Below, piece by piece: positions 1 through 11,020 of a DNA stretch of 64,000 nt (position 1 is its first letter; every line of letters starts with the position of its first letter). Below the pieces are notes generated by a model that did not search any database, was not told where the DNA came from, and saw nothing but the letters and a program-made list of their open reading frames with translations. Location of the stretch: the NCBI GenBank assembly GCA_963792965.1, contig CAWBYW010000030.1, forward strand, positions 81,452 through 145,451. Reading direction: 5' to 3'. Source of the stretch: an uncultured delta proteobacterium (GTDB lineage Bacteria > Desulfobacterota > Zymogenia > Zymogenales > Zymogenaceae). Position numbers and translations under genes: made by a program.

Positions 1-279
1 AGCAAACGCCGTAGTGAAGATGATAATGAAGGCGACAGTCGGCGCTATGTAGTCCGGGTAGCCGAGGTAGAAGGAGGCCGGAAGGAGGAGGCCAAGGATC
101 GTATGCGCGATGATCTGGATATTGATCTTCTGGGGATAGATGAAGGAAAAGTACTCGTACAAAGCCAGGCCGACCACGGCGAAGACGAGTAGAAATACGC
201 CGATAACGCCCCCGTATATGATGATCGCCAATACGAGGGGAATGGCCACAACGGCCGTGAGAAGACGGGCCGCAAGCAT
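1..279 (-). CDS. cdsA: phosphatidate cytidylyltransferase, N-terminal part (runs off window)
   Basis: Not in the ORF track. Manual translation from ATG 279, with GGAG upstream, gives MLAARLLTAVVAIPLVLAIIIYGG...ALYEYF; hydrophobic and in the canonical position after uppS. Confidence 0.85.
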   Translation of the reverse strand, partial: MLAARLLTAVVAIPLVLAIIIYGGVIGVFLLVFAVVGLALYEYFSFIYPQKINIQIIAHTILGLLLPASFYLGYPDYIAPTVAFIIIFTTAFA

Positions 280-500
280 AAGCAGTACTCCATGGTTACT
301 CTGAAAATCGGCCCCGAAGGGCCCCCTTTATCGGCCGACCGACGCTGCGGGAGGTCGGGCCGACTCTCACCCACGGGCCGACCGCACCGGCGAGACGTCG
401 CTTACTCAGCTTCGGGCCGGCCGTGAGCCGGCGGACGGGGAGCCAACCCCTGTCATGCTGCGTGGCATGCCGCGGCGTTCGCCTCCGATCTGCGGCCGCC

Positions 501-1274
501 CTATGGCTTGCCCTTCAATTGCTCGCTGGTGAGCCCGAACCGTCGCTCCCTCGTGGAGTAGTTCTCGAGGATGGACAGGAACTCCTTGTCGGTGAAATCA
601 GGCCAGAGGGTGCGGGTGAAGAAGAACTCCGTATAGGCCGACTGGAACAGAAGAAAGTTCGAGATCCGCATCTCCCCGCTCGTGCGGATGAGAAGGTCGG
701 GATCGGGGAGCCCACGGGTGTAGAGATGTTGCGCAATGAGCCTCTCGTCGATTTCGCCGGGAGTGATCTTTTTTTCCGCGACGAGCGCCGCGATCTCCTT
801 TACGGCATCGACGATCTCGCCCCGCGCGCTGTAGGCCAGGGCAAGGACCAGCGTCATACCCGTGTTGTTCCTGGTGATGTCAATCGTTTCCAGGAGGATC
901 TTCCGAACGACGGCCGGCAGTGACGAAAATCTTCCGAGGGCGGCCAGCCGGATACCCTCTTTCATCATCTCGGGGAGCTCCGACTGGAGAAACTCCGCCA
1001 GCAGGCCCATGAGGAAATTCACTTCGTCCTTCGGGCGGTTCAGATTCTCCTCGGAGAGGGCGTAGAGGGTCAGCACCTCGATGCCGATCTTACGGCTCGT
1101 CTCCAGGACCTTTCTAACGTTGTCGCTCCCGCGCCTATGCCCCTCGATGCGGGGGAGGTTGCGCTCCTTGGCCCAGCGCCCGTTACCGTCCATAATGACG
1201 GCCACGTGTCGCGGGAGATTCTTTATATCGGTCATACTGAGTCGGGTATCGCCCTCATCAAAGCTATGGGTCAC
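501..1274 (-). CDS. uppS: undecaprenyl diphosphate synthase
   Basis: PRHVAVIMDGNGRWA, DPDLLIRTSGEMRISNFLL and RERRFG motifs. The start may instead be 1235. Confidence 0.97.
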   Translation of the reverse strand: MTHSFDEGDTRLSMTDIKNLPRHVAVIMDGNGRWAKERNLPRIEGHRRGSDNVRKVLETSRKIGIEVLTLYALSEENLNRPKDEVNFLMGLLAEFLQSELPEMMKEGIRLAALGRFSSLPAVVRKILLETIDITRNNTGMTLVLALAYSARGEIVDAVKEIAALVAEKKITPGEIDERLIAQHLYTRGLPDPDLLIRTSGEMRISNFLLFQSAYTEFFFTRTLWPDFTDKEFLSILENYSTRERRFGLTSEQLKGKP

Positions 1275-1287
1275 GATGGATCATGGA

Positions 1288-1842
1288 CTATATTTCCATG
1301 ATCTCCTTTTCTTTCTCCACGAGTATCGAATCGGTATCCTTGATATACTCGTCGGTGACTTCCTGGATTTTCTCGTGGAGCTTGAAATATTCATCCTCCG
1401 AGATCTCTTTCTCCTTTTTCAGCTCTTTGAGAAACTCGATCGAATCACGGCGATGATTCCTCATGGCTACCTTATATTCTTCGCACATCTTCCTGACCAT
1501 CTTGACCAGCTCTTTTCTCCGCTCCTCGGTCAGGGCCGGGATGGAGATCCGAATGATCTTGCCGTCGTTGGCGGGGGTGAGCCCGAGGTCGGACTTCATG
1601 ATCGCCTTTTCGACCTCACCGATGGAGCTGGCGTCCCAGGGCTGAATGATGATGAGCCGCGACTCCGGCGCCGAAACGGTGGCCATTTGAGTGAGCGGTG
1701 TGGGGTTTCCGTAATAATCCACCCTGATCCCATCGAGAATCGCCGTGGAGGCCCTTCCCGTTCTCACCCGCTTGAGCTCGTTGGTGAAGCCCTTAACGGT
1801 CTTTTCCATCTCTTTTTTTAAATCAGCGAGCACCTCTTCCAT
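1288..1842 (-). CDS. frr: ribosome recycling factor
   Basis: RTGRAS...VDYYG, PALTEERRKELVK. Start MEEVL at 1842 overlaps the pyrH stop (TGATG). Confidence 0.97.
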   Translation of the reverse strand: MEEVLADLKKEMEKTVKGFTNELKRVRTGRASTAILDGIRVDYYGNPTPLTQMATVSAPESRLIIIQPWDASSIGEVEKAIMKSDLGLTPANDGKIIRISIPALTEERRKELVKMVRKMCEEYKVAMRNHRRDSIEFLKELKKEKEISEDEYFKLHEKIQEVTDEYIKDTDSILVEKEKEIMEI

Positions 1843-2558
1843 CACTCTTTTCCCTTTACAATGGTTCCTATCGTTTGTCCCGACACGACCTTTTTGAGAT
1901 TGCCCGGGGCAAGGAGGTTGAACACGATGATGGGCAGCTCGTTGTCCATACACAGAGACAGCGCGGTGGAGTCCATCACCCCGAGGCCGAGGTTGAGGGC
2001 CTCGATATAGGTGATTGTGCTGAACTTCTTGGCATCGGGAAACCGCACCGGGTCCTTGTCGTAGACGCCGTCCACCTTTGTCGCCTTAATAATAACATCG
2101 GCCCCGATCTCCATGGCCCTGAGCGCTGCGGCGGTGTCGGTGGTGAAATACGGGTTTCCGGTCCCTCCGGCAAAGATCACCAACCGCTTCTTTTCAAGAT
2201 GACGGACGGCCCTGCGGCGTATATAGGGCTCGGCGACGGCCCGCATCTCGAGGGCCGTCTGAACACGCGTGACCAGCCCCGCCTTCTCGAGCGAATTCTG
2301 AAGCGCAAGGGCGTTGATCACCGTGGCCAGCATCCCCATGTAGTCGGCGTTGGCTCGATCCATCCCCTTTTCGCTTGCGGATATGCCGCGGAAGATATTC
2401 CCGCCGCCGACCACCAGCGCCATTTCGGTGCCAAGGGTGGCGGTCTCCTTTATTTCTTCCGTGATGAATTTGATGGCGTCGGGGAAGATACCGAACTTCT
2501 GTGGGCCCGCCAGGGCCTCGCCGGAAAGTTTTACCAACACCCTTTTATAGAGCATCAC
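1842..2558 (-). CDS. pyrH: UMP kinase
   Basis: [38 protein letters not shown]. Confidence 0.98.
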   Translation of the reverse strand: MMLYKRVLVKLSGEALAGPQKFGIFPDAIKFITEEIKETATLGTEMALVVGGGNIFRGISASEKGMDRANADYMGMLATVINALALQNSLEKAGLVTRVQTALEMRAVAEPYIRRRAVRHLEKKRLVIFAGGTGNPYFTTDTAAALRAMEIGADVIIKATKVDGVYDKDPVRFPDAKKFSTITYIEALNLGLGVMDSTALSLCMDNELPIIVFNLLAPGNLKKVVSGQTIGTIVKGKE

Positions 2559-2651
2559 GGGCCGCCTCTGTTACGCATCCCGGGCAGACGTTCTTCCCCC
2601 GGGGGTTGGCCTGGTGCCGGTGAACGGCGCACAAAGCGCCGCCTGGCTCAT

Positions 2652-3254
2652 CTATTCGAGACCCTCACCCAGCTGAAAACGGACAAACCTCCTGATAATC
2701 ATATTCTCGCCGAGCTTGGCGATCATATTGGTGAGGTGTTCGGAGACCGATACGTTCGTATCCTTGACGAAGGGCTGATCGAGGAGGCATACCTCCGTAT
2801 AATACTTCTTGAGCTTGCCCTCGACGATCTTTTCGATAACGTTCTCGGGCTTCTTTGAGTCCTGAACCTGGGCCCGATAGATCTCCTTTTCCTTTTCGAG
2901 GACGTCGGCGGGGACATCCGAGCTTGACAGATAGAGGGGGCTTGAGGCCGCCACGTGCATGGCGATGTCCTTTACAAACGCCACAAAGCCGTCGGTCCGA
3001 GCCACGAAGTCGGACTCGCAATTCACCTCCACCAGGACGCCGATCTTTCCCCCCATATGGATGTACGAACCGATCATTCCCTCTTTAGCGGCTCTGCCGA
3101 GGCGCTTGGCCGCTTTCGAGAGTCCCTTCTTCCTCAATATTTCAACGGCCTTCTCGGCATCGCCTTTGGCCTCGGTCAGCGCCGTCTTGCAGTCCATCAT
3201 CCCGGCTCCGGTCTTCTCCCGCAAATCCTTTACCATTTGAGCACTGATTTCCAT
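2652..3254 (-). CDS. tsf: elongation factor Ts (short form)
   Basis: [24 protein letters not shown]. Confidence 0.98.
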   Translation of the reverse strand: MEISAQMVKDLREKTGAGMMDCKTALTEAKGDAEKAVEILRKKGLSKAAKRLGRAAKEGMIGSYIHMGGKIGVLVEVNCESDFVARTDGFVAFVKDIAMHVAASSPLYLSSSDVPADVLEKEKEIYRAQVQDSKKPENVIEKIVEGKLKKYYTEVCLLDQPFVKDTNVSVSEHLTNMIAKLGENMIIRRFVRFQLGEGLE

Positions 3255-3290
3255 GATCCACTCCTTGTAACCCTTCGGACTTTCTCTTAT

Positions 3291-4133
3291 CTATTGTTCA
3301 TCCAGCGTCTTTTCTTCTTTGGCGTCCTGCTCGTCCTCGGCGACGGAGGCCCTCTTGGCCTTCCTCACCTCGACCTTTACCTCTCTCTCTTCGGCCGGCT
3401 CCACGCTCGTCGGCTCGGCCTTTTTCGCCTCAACGGCGGCCTCCACCCCGGTCTCCTGCTTACCCTCGAGGATGGCGTCTGCGATTCGAGAGGAAAAGAG
3501 GCGAATGGCCCGTATGGCGTCGTCGTTTCCGGGCACAACATAATCTATCTTGTCCGGATTACAGTTGGTGTCGACGATGGCGACAATAGGTATATGGAGC
3601 TTATTGGCCTCGCTGACGGCGATCCGCTCTTTTTTCGGATCCACCATAAAGATACAGTCGGGGAGGTCCACCATCTCCTTGATCCCCCCGATATTCCGGG
3701 TGAGCTTTTCTTTCTGCGAGTTAAGACCGGCGACCTCTTTCTTCGGGAGGGAATCGACGGTTTCCGCGGAGAGAAGGGCCTCGAGCCTTTTTAGTCGATC
3801 GATCGTCTTTCGGATGGTGACGAAGTTCGTGAGCGTCCCGCCCAGCCACCGCTCGTTGACGTAAAACATGCCGCAGCGCTCGGCCTCGGCGCCGATAGAT
3901 TCCTGCGCCTGTTTCTTCGTCCCGACGAAGAGGATCGCGCCTCCTCCGGCGGATACCTTCCTGATGAACTCGAAGGCTTTGTCGAAGAGCTCGATCGTCT
4001 TCTGGAGATCGATGATGTAGATACCGTTTCGCGCTCCGAAGATATACGGCTTCATCTTCGGGTTCCACCGTTTCGTTTGATGGCCGAAGTGAACGCCGGC
4101 CTCCAGCAGCTCCTTCATGTTGATGTAACTCAT
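3291..4133 (-). CDS. rpsB: 30S ribosomal protein S2
   Basis: [29 protein letters not shown]; acidic/Ala-rich C-terminal tail. Confidence 0.98.
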   Translation of the reverse strand: MSYINMKELLEAGVHFGHQTKRWNPKMKPYIFGARNGIYIIDLQKTIELFDKAFEFIRKVSAGGGAILFVGTKKQAQESIGAEAERCGMFYVNERWLGGTLTNFVTIRKTIDRLKRLEALLSAETVDSLPKKEVAGLNSQKEKLTRNIGGIKEMVDLPDCIFMVDPKKERIAVSEANKLHIPIVAIVDTNCNPDKIDYVVPGNDDAIRAIRLFSSRIADAILEGKQETGVEAAVEAKKAEPTSVEPAEEREVKVEVRKAKRASVAEDEQDAKEEKTLDEQ

Positions 4134-4147
4134 ACCACACTCCTTCT

Positions 4148-4226
4148 GTTGGTTTTTCTTCCGCCCATCGGGACCCGGGAACCCACCTTCGGGTCACCAC
4201 CCTGTCCCCCTGTATAGGGCGTGTCA
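4148..4226 (-). promoter_or_regulatory. rpsB leader (t44-like S2 autoregulatory RNA)
   Basis: Minus strand reads ACAC-GCCC...GGGTG...GGGCG-GAAGAAAAACC directly before the SD. CGCCC/GGGCG closes a stem, matching the layout of proteobacterial S2 leaders. Confidence 0.65.
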
Positions 4227-4477
4227 ATTGAGAGACACACGAACCGTCCGCGCGTGCGGGCGGACTCTTACGTTCAGATTTTCGGCCGTCACTCCCGCGG
4301 GCGAAGGTAAGGCCCGGGAGGCTTCACAAAAAGTGGCCTCCGACCAGAGCCCCTTTCCCTTGGGACCGGTCATCCCCTCATAAATTATGGCACCGAAGAA
4401 ACCGAATCTGCATACACAAAATTATTTATGTAACACATACTTTTTTATTATGCAATATAAAAAATCTCAAAATCTCG

Positions 4478-5386
4478 TCATCCGACAAGAGCGCTTGCTC
4501 CAATGCCGAGCGCCAGCAAGAGCCCCGTGACCAGATGGATCACCACCGTCATCCCGCAGACCGCGACGACCCCCCGCGGGTCGTCGTAGACCTCAAAGAG
4601 CTTCTTCACGGCGACAACGGAAATGGGGATCGTCAACAGAGACAAAAGCGACAGGGCCGGTATGATCCCGATCACGACCCCAACGACAACCGACAGGTAG
4701 GTGGCTATGAGGATCAGCGCGTACGCATAGCGCGCCGCCGATCTCCCGAGCGTGACCACGCCCGTGCGCTTGCGCGTCGCCAGGTCCGCATCAAAGTCCG
4801 GATACCCGTTGACGAAGAGGATAAGCGCGATCAGGAGCGCGGGAACGATAGACAGAAACCAGGCCGAACGCGAGAGCGTCCCCGTCAGGACGTAGTAGGT
4901 GCCGAGCACCATCAGCGGCCCGAACCCCAACGCTACCGCCAGCTCGCCGAGGCCGTGGCCGATATAGGCAAGCCCCCAGCGGGGAACCGAATAGATAAGG
5001 ACGAGGATCGTTCCCATCAACCCGAAGAACAGGACGACGATCCCGGCCCGGTATACGAGGTAAAGGCCGACAGCGACCCCGAGCGCAAGCAGGCCGGCCC
5101 CGAGCGCGAAGGTCTGCCCCGGCGTCATGAGGCCGTCCTGGATCATGCGGCTCCCGCCGGAGAAGATATTGTGGTATCGATTTATGTTGTCCGTTCCGCC
5201 CCGGTAATCGTAGTAGTCATTCAACACATTTGCCGAACCGTGAAACGAGAGGGCACCGATAAGACACAGGACAAAAAGGATCAGGTCAAAACGGCCGACA
5301 CGGGCAGCGTCGACCGCGCCGATGACGACGGGGACGACGGTCCCCGTAAAGAAGGGTGCGCGAACGGCCTTGAAAAAGAGCTTCAT
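4478..5386 (-). CDS. menA: 1,4-dihydroxy-2-naphthoate prenyltransferase (UbiA family)
   Basis: RAPFF, NVLNDYYDYRGGTD, FSGGSR, D...D...KRT; multiple TM helices. Confidence 0.85.
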   Translation of the reverse strand: MKLFFKAVRAPFFTGTVVPVVIGAVDAARVGRFDLILFVLCLIGALSFHGSANVLNDYYDYRGGTDNINRYHNIFSGGSRMIQDGLMTPGQTFALGAGLLALGVAVGLYLVYRAGIVVLFFGLMGTILVLIYSVPRWGLAYIGHGLGELAVALGFGPLMVLGTYYVLTGTLSRSAWFLSIVPALLIALILFVNGYPDFDADLATRKRTGVVTLGRSAARYAYALILIATYLSVVVGVVIGIIPALSLLSLLTIPISVVAVKKLFEVYDDPRGVVAVCGMTVVIHLVTGLLLALGIGASALVG

Positions 5387-5390
5387 CGGT

Positions 5391-6584
5391 TCAACTCCTG
5401 TAGTCGGCATTGATCTTCACATAGCCGATGGAAAGGTCCGAGGTATAGGCCGTAAACGAAGAGACCCCGGCATTGAGGTCGACGACGACGGCAAACTCAC
5501 GGCCGCGCATAATCTCTTTGGCCTTTTCCTCGTAGCGCACGCCGCGCCCGATTCCGCCCGTGACCACCTCGACGTCCCCGAATGAGATGTCGGCCCGCGC
5601 AGGGTCAAAGTCTCCCGGGACGGAGCCTATCGCCCCCATGATCCGGCCCCAGTTGGGGTCCTCGCCGAAGAACGTGGTCTTGACCAGCGGTGAATTGGCG
5701 ACCTGAAAGGCGACACGCCGGGCGACCTCTTCGGTGGGCGCCCCCTTTATCGTGATCGTCACGAACTTTGTGGCCCCCTCGGCGTCTCTCACCAGGCCCG
5801 TGGCCAGCTCCACGAGTAGCTCCGTCAACTGCTGCCCGAACAGACGCGCAGAGCCGGCGTCGACTTTATGCGTTTTGTCGCCCCCCGACATGAGCAGGAT
5901 CATGTCGTTCGTGCTCATGTCCCCGTCCACGGTAATCGCATTGAAGGACGGCTGGGCCGCTTGGCGCAACGCTCCATCCAGCCCCCCGCTTTCCATGGGA
6001 AGATCGGTGACGACCACACAGAGCATAGTCGCCAGGTGCGGGAAGATCATCCCGGCCCCCTTAGCGATCCCGAGGATCGTATAGGTACGGCCGTCGGCCG
6101 AAAAACATCGTTTCGCGCATTTGGGACGCGTGTCCGTCGTCATGATGGCGTGGGCGGCGCCGAGAAAACCCGTGGGGGAAAGTCCGGACACGAGCGCCTC
6201 GAGCGAACGGGTGATCCGATCCGCAGGGAGCCGCTGCCCGATTACGCCGGTGGAGGCGGCGATGACCGACTCCTCCGGGATCGAAAGCCGCCCCGCGCAG
6301 AGACCCGTGAGGTCCCGTGTATCCCGATCGCCCTCGGGCCCCGTACAGGCGTTGGCATTGCCGCTGTTGAGCAGAATCGCCCGCGGCGTCGTCTTCCCCA
6401 TCCGCTCGATACTCAAGAGGACCGGGGCCGCCTTGACACGGTTTTCGGTGAAGAGCGCCGCGGCGCCGACGGGGGCGTCATTTATAATCAGCGCGAGGTC
6501 CGCCTCCGGCGTCTTTTTGATCCCCGCGGCGACCGCCGCGGCCCGAAAACCCGGGCAGATGAGATTTGATTCAGGAGTATCCAC
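5391..6584 (-). CDS. argJ: bifunctional ornithine acetyltransferase / N-acetylglutamate synthase
   Basis: NSGNANACTG, STGVIG, KGAGMI.P.LATML, DGDMSTND, DPNWGRI, YVKINADYRS. Confidence 0.97.
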   Translation of the reverse strand: MDTPESNLICPGFRAAAVAAGIKKTPEADLALIINDAPVGAAALFTENRVKAAPVLLSIERMGKTTPRAILLNSGNANACTGPEGDRDTRDLTGLCAGRLSIPEESVIAASTGVIGQRLPADRITRSLEALVSGLSPTGFLGAAHAIMTTDTRPKCAKRCFSADGRTYTILGIAKGAGMIFPHLATMLCVVVTDLPMESGGLDGALRQAAQPSFNAITVDGDMSTNDMILLMSGGDKTHKVDAGSARLFGQQLTELLVELATGLVRDAEGATKFVTITIKGAPTEEVARRVAFQVANSPLVKTTFFGEDPNWGRIMGAIGSVPGDFDPARADISFGDVEVVTGGIGRGVRYEEKAKEIMRGREFAVVVDLNAGVSSFTAYTSDLSIGYVKINADYRS

Positions 6585-6796
6585 AGTATCCTTATCGTCG
6601 CCGTCTCTCTTGCGCCTTGGAGAAATTTATGAGTCGTTATGTTAAGAGCGCGACCTTCATGGAAATCGTCAGAGAGAGAACCGGCCTGTCGCTGTGGTAT
6701 CGGACTATTTCAATGCGGCCCTTTGTCCGCAGGCGATTCAGGCCCTCATTTTTCTCGTCGGGCCCCATGGAAAATACGGTCTCCCGTGGCCGTCGC

Positions 6797-9721
6797 CTAT
6801 CCGTAGGCCTCTTCCTTTCCGTGGCACTTCTTATATTTCTTGCCGCTTCCGCAGGGACAGGGGTCGTTCCGACCGACCTTTGGCGTCTCCCGCACGACCG
6901 GCTTCTGCTTCTCTCCGGGGGGACGGGAGGCCGCCGGTGGATAGCCGCGGGGGGCCTCCCCTTCGGGGGTCTGTTCGGCGGCAGGTCCCGTAAATTCCCG
7001 GTGGACCAGCGTGAGCCGATCCTGCGCCGCCCGCGCGGCCGCCGTATCGTCTCGGGCGATCTGGACCCGGAAGAGCTTGGCAAGCACCTCCCCCTTCACG
7101 TTCTCGCCCATTTCCACGAAGAGGTCGTATCCCTCCTTCTGGTACTCGATAAGGGGGTTACGCTGTCCGTAGGCGCGCAGCCCGATCCCCTCTTTCAATT
7201 GATCCATCGCCTCCAGGTGATCCTGCCACGCCTCGTCGAGAACCCGGAGCATGAGGATCCTCTCCAGCCGCCGCATGAGGGGCTCTCCGATGTGCTCCTC
7301 CTTGGCCTTGTATATAGAAACGACCTTGTCCAGCAGCCACTCGGAAAATTCGAGCTGGCCCATCTCGGCAAGGCCGGGCTCGGAGAAATTGAGCGGGATT
7401 GAAAAGTAACGCATGACCGTCTCGGCGATCCCGATGGTATCCCAGTCCTCGAGGAAGCCCTTCTCGGAGGTGTAGGTATAGACGATCTCGTCGACCTTCT
7501 CCTCGATCATCTCCATGATATCTTCTTTGATATCTTCGTCGGAGAGTATCTCCCGTCGGCGGGCGTAGATGACCTCCCGCTGCTTGTTCATCACGTCGTC
7601 GTACTCGAGCAGGGTCTTCCGGATGGAAAAGTTGTTGCTCTCCACCTTCTTCTGGGCGTTTTCTATGGCCCGCGTGAGCAGGGAGTGCTCGATGGCTTCG
7701 CCCTCCTCCATGCCGAGCCGATCCATCACCGACATGATCCGGTCGGCCCCGAAGATCCTCAAGAGGTCGTCCTCGAGTGACAGATAGAACTGGGACGACC
7801 CGGGGTCTCCCTGGCGGCCCGAGCGGCCGCGCAGCTGGTTGTCGATGCGGCGGCTCTCGTGCCGCTCGGTTCCGATGATGTGGAGCCCGCCGAGGGTCGG
7901 CACGCTCTCGCCGAGGACGATATCGGTGCCGCGTCCGGCCATATTGGTCGCGATCGTGACGTTCTTGGCCTGCCCCGCCAGGGCCACGATCTCGGCCTCC
8001 CGCTCGTGGTGCTTGGCGTTGAGGACCTGGTGGTTGATCTTCCTCATCTTAAGGAGCCGGGAGAGCTTCTCGGACTTATCGATGGAGGTAGTGCCGACCA
8101 GCACCGGACGTCCCTCCTCAAAGAGCTCGGTGACCTTGTTTGCGACCGCCAGGAACTTGGCGTTCTCGGTCTTGTAGATCAGGTCGGGATACTCCGACCT
8201 CCTGAGGGGCCGGTTGGCCGGGATGACCATGACGGGGAGTTTATAGACCTTATAGAACTCCTCCGCCTCGGTTTCGGCGGTGCCGGTCATGCCCGCCAGC
8301 TTCTCGTACATCCTGAAGTAGTTCTGAAGCGTGATCGTCGCCACGGTCTTCGTGGCCTTGGCGATGGTCACTTCCTCCTTGGCCTCCAGCGCCTGGTGCA
8401 GGCCGTCGCTGTAGCGCCGCCCCGGCATCATCCTCCCCGTAAACTGGTCGACAATGATCACCTCGCCGTTATTGACGACGTAATCGACGTCGGCTTCGAA
8501 AAGCGTATAGGCCTTCAACAGCTGGCCGAGGTTGTGGATCTTCTCCGTCTTGTCCTCATGCAGGGCCCCTTCTTCCCGCTTCTTCTCTTCCTTCTGCGAC
8601 GGTGAGAGACTCTCGTCCTGCTCGATCTTGATATATTCTTCGTTAATGTCTCCGAGGTCGAACAGGTCCCCGACCGCCGATCGGATGATGGCCTGTCCCT
8701 CCTCGGTAAAGGAGACGTTGTGCTCTTTATCCGAGAAGATATAGAGGAGGCCCTCCTCGAACTCGGGCGTCCGTTTGTCCCGCATATAGATGCTCTCCCA
8801 CTGGGTCATCGCCCGCTTGACCTCCTTGTGGTCGGCAATGTACTTGAGGAGCCGCTTGTTCTTCGGATCACCCCTCTCGACCCGGAGGAGGTTGGTCATC
8901 ATCGTCTCCTCGTTGTCGTTCTTATCGGCCTCCATCGCCTTGGAAAAGAGGGTAGCCATGAGGTCTTTCTGCCGGGAGACGAGCCGCTTGATGAGGGGCT
9001 TGAGCTGATCGTACTGGTGCAGGTCCACGTCCACCTGGCTGGAGATGATGAGGGGGGTCCTCGCCTCATCGATAAGGATGGAGTCCACCTCGTCGACGAT
9101 GGCAAAGTGGAGCTCGCGCTGGACATAATCCGCGAGCTCGTACTTCATGTTATCCCGGAGGTAGTCAAAGCCGAACTCATTGTTTGTCCCGTAGACGACG
9201 TCGGAGGCGTACGCGATCTTACGTTCGGCGTCGTCCATGTCGTGGAGGATGACGCCGACCGAGAGTCCGAGGAACTCGAAGATCCGTCCCATCCAGAGCC
9301 GGTCGCGCCTGGCCAGATAGTCGTTGACGGTGACGATATGGACGCCCTTTCCGGTCAGCGCGTTGAGGTAGGCCGCCAGCGTCGCAACGAGGGTCTTGCC
9401 CTCGCCGGTCTTCATCTCGGCGATCTTGCCTTCGTGCAAAACGACCCCGCCGATGAGCTGGACATCGAAGTGTCTGAGCCCGATCGTCCTGCGGGAGGCT
9501 TCCCGAACCGCCGCAAACGCCTCGGGGAGGAGATCGTCGGGCTCCTCACCTTCCGCGAGCCTTTTCTTGAACTCGTCCGTCTTATTCCTGAGCTCATCGT
9601 CGGACAGCGCCATCATGCGTCCCTCGAGCTCATTGATCTCGTCGACGATCGGGATGATCCGCTCGATCTCCCGCTCATTCTTCGAACCGAAAACCTTTTG
9701 CAAAAGGTCAATTATCGGCAT
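6797..9721 (-). CDS. secA: preprotein translocase ATPase SecA
   Basis: [38 protein letters not shown]-terminal [18 protein letters not shown]. Confidence 0.98.
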   Translation of the reverse strand: MPIIDLLQKVFGSKNEREIERIIPIVDEINELEGRMMALSDDELRNKTDEFKKRLAEGEEPDDLLPEAFAAVREASRRTIGLRHFDVQLIGGVVLHEGKIAEMKTGEGKTLVATLAAYLNALTGKGVHIVTVNDYLARRDRLWMGRIFEFLGLSVGVILHDMDDAERKIAYASDVVYGTNNEFGFDYLRDNMKYELADYVQRELHFAIVDEVDSILIDEARTPLIISSQVDVDLHQYDQLKPLIKRLVSRQKDLMATLFSKAMEADKNDNEETMMTNLLRVERGDPKNKRLLKYIADHKEVKRAMTQWESIYMRDKRTPEFEEGLLYIFSDKEHNVSFTEEGQAIIRSAVGDLFDLGDINEEYIKIEQDESLSPSQKEEKKREEGALHEDKTEKIHNLGQLLKAYTLFEADVDYVVNNGEVIIVDQFTGRMMPGRRYSDGLHQALEAKEEVTIAKATKTVATITLQNYFRMYEKLAGMTGTAETEAEEFYKVYKLPVMVIPANRPLRRSEYPDLIYKTENAKFLAVANKVTELFEEGRPVLVGTTSIDKSEKLSRLLKMRKINHQVLNAKHHEREAEIVALAGQAKNVTIATNMAGRGTDIVLGESVPTLGGLHIIGTERHESRRIDNQLRGRSGRQGDPGSSQFYLSLEDDLLRIFGADRIMSVMDRLGMEEGEAIEHSLLTRAIENAQKKVESNNFSIRKTLLEYDDVMNKQREVIYARRREILSDEDIKEDIMEMIEEKVDEIVYTYTSEKGFLEDWDTIGIAETVMRYFSIPLNFSEPGLAEMGQLEFSEWLLDKVVSIYKAKEEHIGEPLMRRLERILMLRVLDEAWQDHLEAMDQLKEGIGLRAYGQRNPLIEYQKEGYDLFVEMGENVKGEVLAKLFRVQIARDDTAAARAAQDRLTLVHREFTGPAAEQTPEGEAPRGYPPAASRPPGEKQKPVVRETPKVGRNDPCPCGSGKKYKKCHGKEEAYG

Positions 9722-9771
9722 ACTCTGTTCCTTATCATGTCATTTATTTCTCGTCGCAGGGCGCACGCCCT

Positions 9772-9814
9772 ACAACTAAAACCCCGAAGGAGGTATACTC
9801 CATCGGGGTTGTTT
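9772..9814 (-). terminator. terminator-like hairpin between the M23 gene and secA
   Basis: Minus strand ACCCCGATGGAG-TATAC-CTCCTTCGGGGT followed by TTTAGTT. Confidence 0.5.
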
Positions 9815-9891
9815 ATTCTCTCCTTATGAATCTCCCTTTCCCCGCCTTTTTATCCGTGCCCGGCGCCGTTGCTCCCCCGAAAGATATCCCG

Positions 9892-10809
9892 TCAGTTGAG
9901 GATATAGGTGCGCGGGTTGACCGTTACGCCATTGATCCTCACCTCATAGTGGAGGTGGGGACCGGTGGTGCGGCCCGTCATACCGATCGTTGCGATCTTA
10001 TCTCCCCGCTTGACCTTGTCTCCCTCCTTGACGAGGATCGTATCAAGGTGGCCGTATCGGGTCGTGAGCCCGTACCCGTGATCGATGGAGAGAATCTTCC
10101 CGTAGCTCCCTTCGATCCCGGTGAAGTTGACGACGCCGTCGGCCGTCGCGTAGATAGGCGTCCCGACTTTATTGGCGATATCGAGTCCCTCGTGCATCCT
10201 CAACGTCTTGGTGTAGGGAGACCTTCGGTACCCGAAGGTTGAGGTGACGAACCCGCGAGTCGGCCAGATGGAAGGAGTGCGCGCCAACAGGTTCTTCTGA
10301 TCCTCGAGGAAGCTGAGGAGCTCCTGGAGGTTTTCCTCCTGCTTCTTGGATTCCTCCTGGAGGTTTTCGAGGTCTACCTTGATCTCTTTGATCATCGAGT
10401 CGTGGCGTTTGTCAAGCTCGGTGACGCTGTTACCCTCCTCAGGTGTCGGACCGCCGACCCCGAACACATCGGTACCACCCGTCGGGGTCTCGCCGATGTT
10501 GGTAATGATGCGCAGTTTCTCGTCGAACTGCCGTATCTTTTCCATCTCGGCGTTGAGATCCTCCAGCTTAGAGGCAAATTCCCTGATCTGGTCCTTCTGA
10601 ACGCGGTTCTCTTCCCTGAGCGAGTTGAGTTCCATGACTTTGAGGCGGACGTCAAGGTAATTATAAAGCATGAAGACCGACGCAAGGGCAACTATGCCGG
10701 CCACGCCGGCGACGATATAGAGCGCGATGTCCGAGATCTTGAATCTGAGGACGTTCTGTGCTTTCTGGGGCACGATCATGATCGTGTAATATTTTTTGGG
10801 TCTCTTCAT
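9892..10809 (-). CDS. M23 family metallopeptidase with N-terminal TM and coiled coil
   Basis: HEGLDIA, YGHL, TGPHLHYEV. Confidence 0.93.
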   Translation of the reverse strand: MKRPKKYYTIMIVPQKAQNVLRFKISDIALYIVAGVAGIVALASVFMLYNYLDVRLKVMELNSLREENRVQKDQIREFASKLEDLNAEMEKIRQFDEKLRIITNIGETPTGGTDVFGVGGPTPEEGNSVTELDKRHDSMIKEIKVDLENLQEESKKQEENLQELLSFLEDQKNLLARTPSIWPTRGFVTSTFGYRRSPYTKTLRMHEGLDIANKVGTPIYATADGVVNFTGIEGSYGKILSIDHGYGLTTRYGHLDTILVKEGDKVKRGDKIATIGMTGRTTGPHLHYEVRINGVTVNPRTYILN

Positions 10810-10915
10810 GGGTTTACCTTATTGGACGTCTGTTAATCTGTCCGCGCGGCGCATATGTGCTCGATGAAAAGCGGCGCACGCGACAGAAAAGGGGCATATA
10901 CTACCCCGACTTGTT

Positions 10916-10944
10916 TTTTTATCACGAAAAGGGGCCGATGTCAA
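10916..10944 (-). promoter_or_regulatory. sigma70-like promoter for M23-secA-argJ-menA
   Basis: TTGACA-17 nt-TAAAAA with extended TG. Confidence 0.5.
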
Positions 10945-11020
10945 GAATATTTCATCTCCATCACGCACAGCCGGCCGTTCGCCGACGGACGGGGAATGAG
11001 AATGGTCCGGCGATGAGGTC

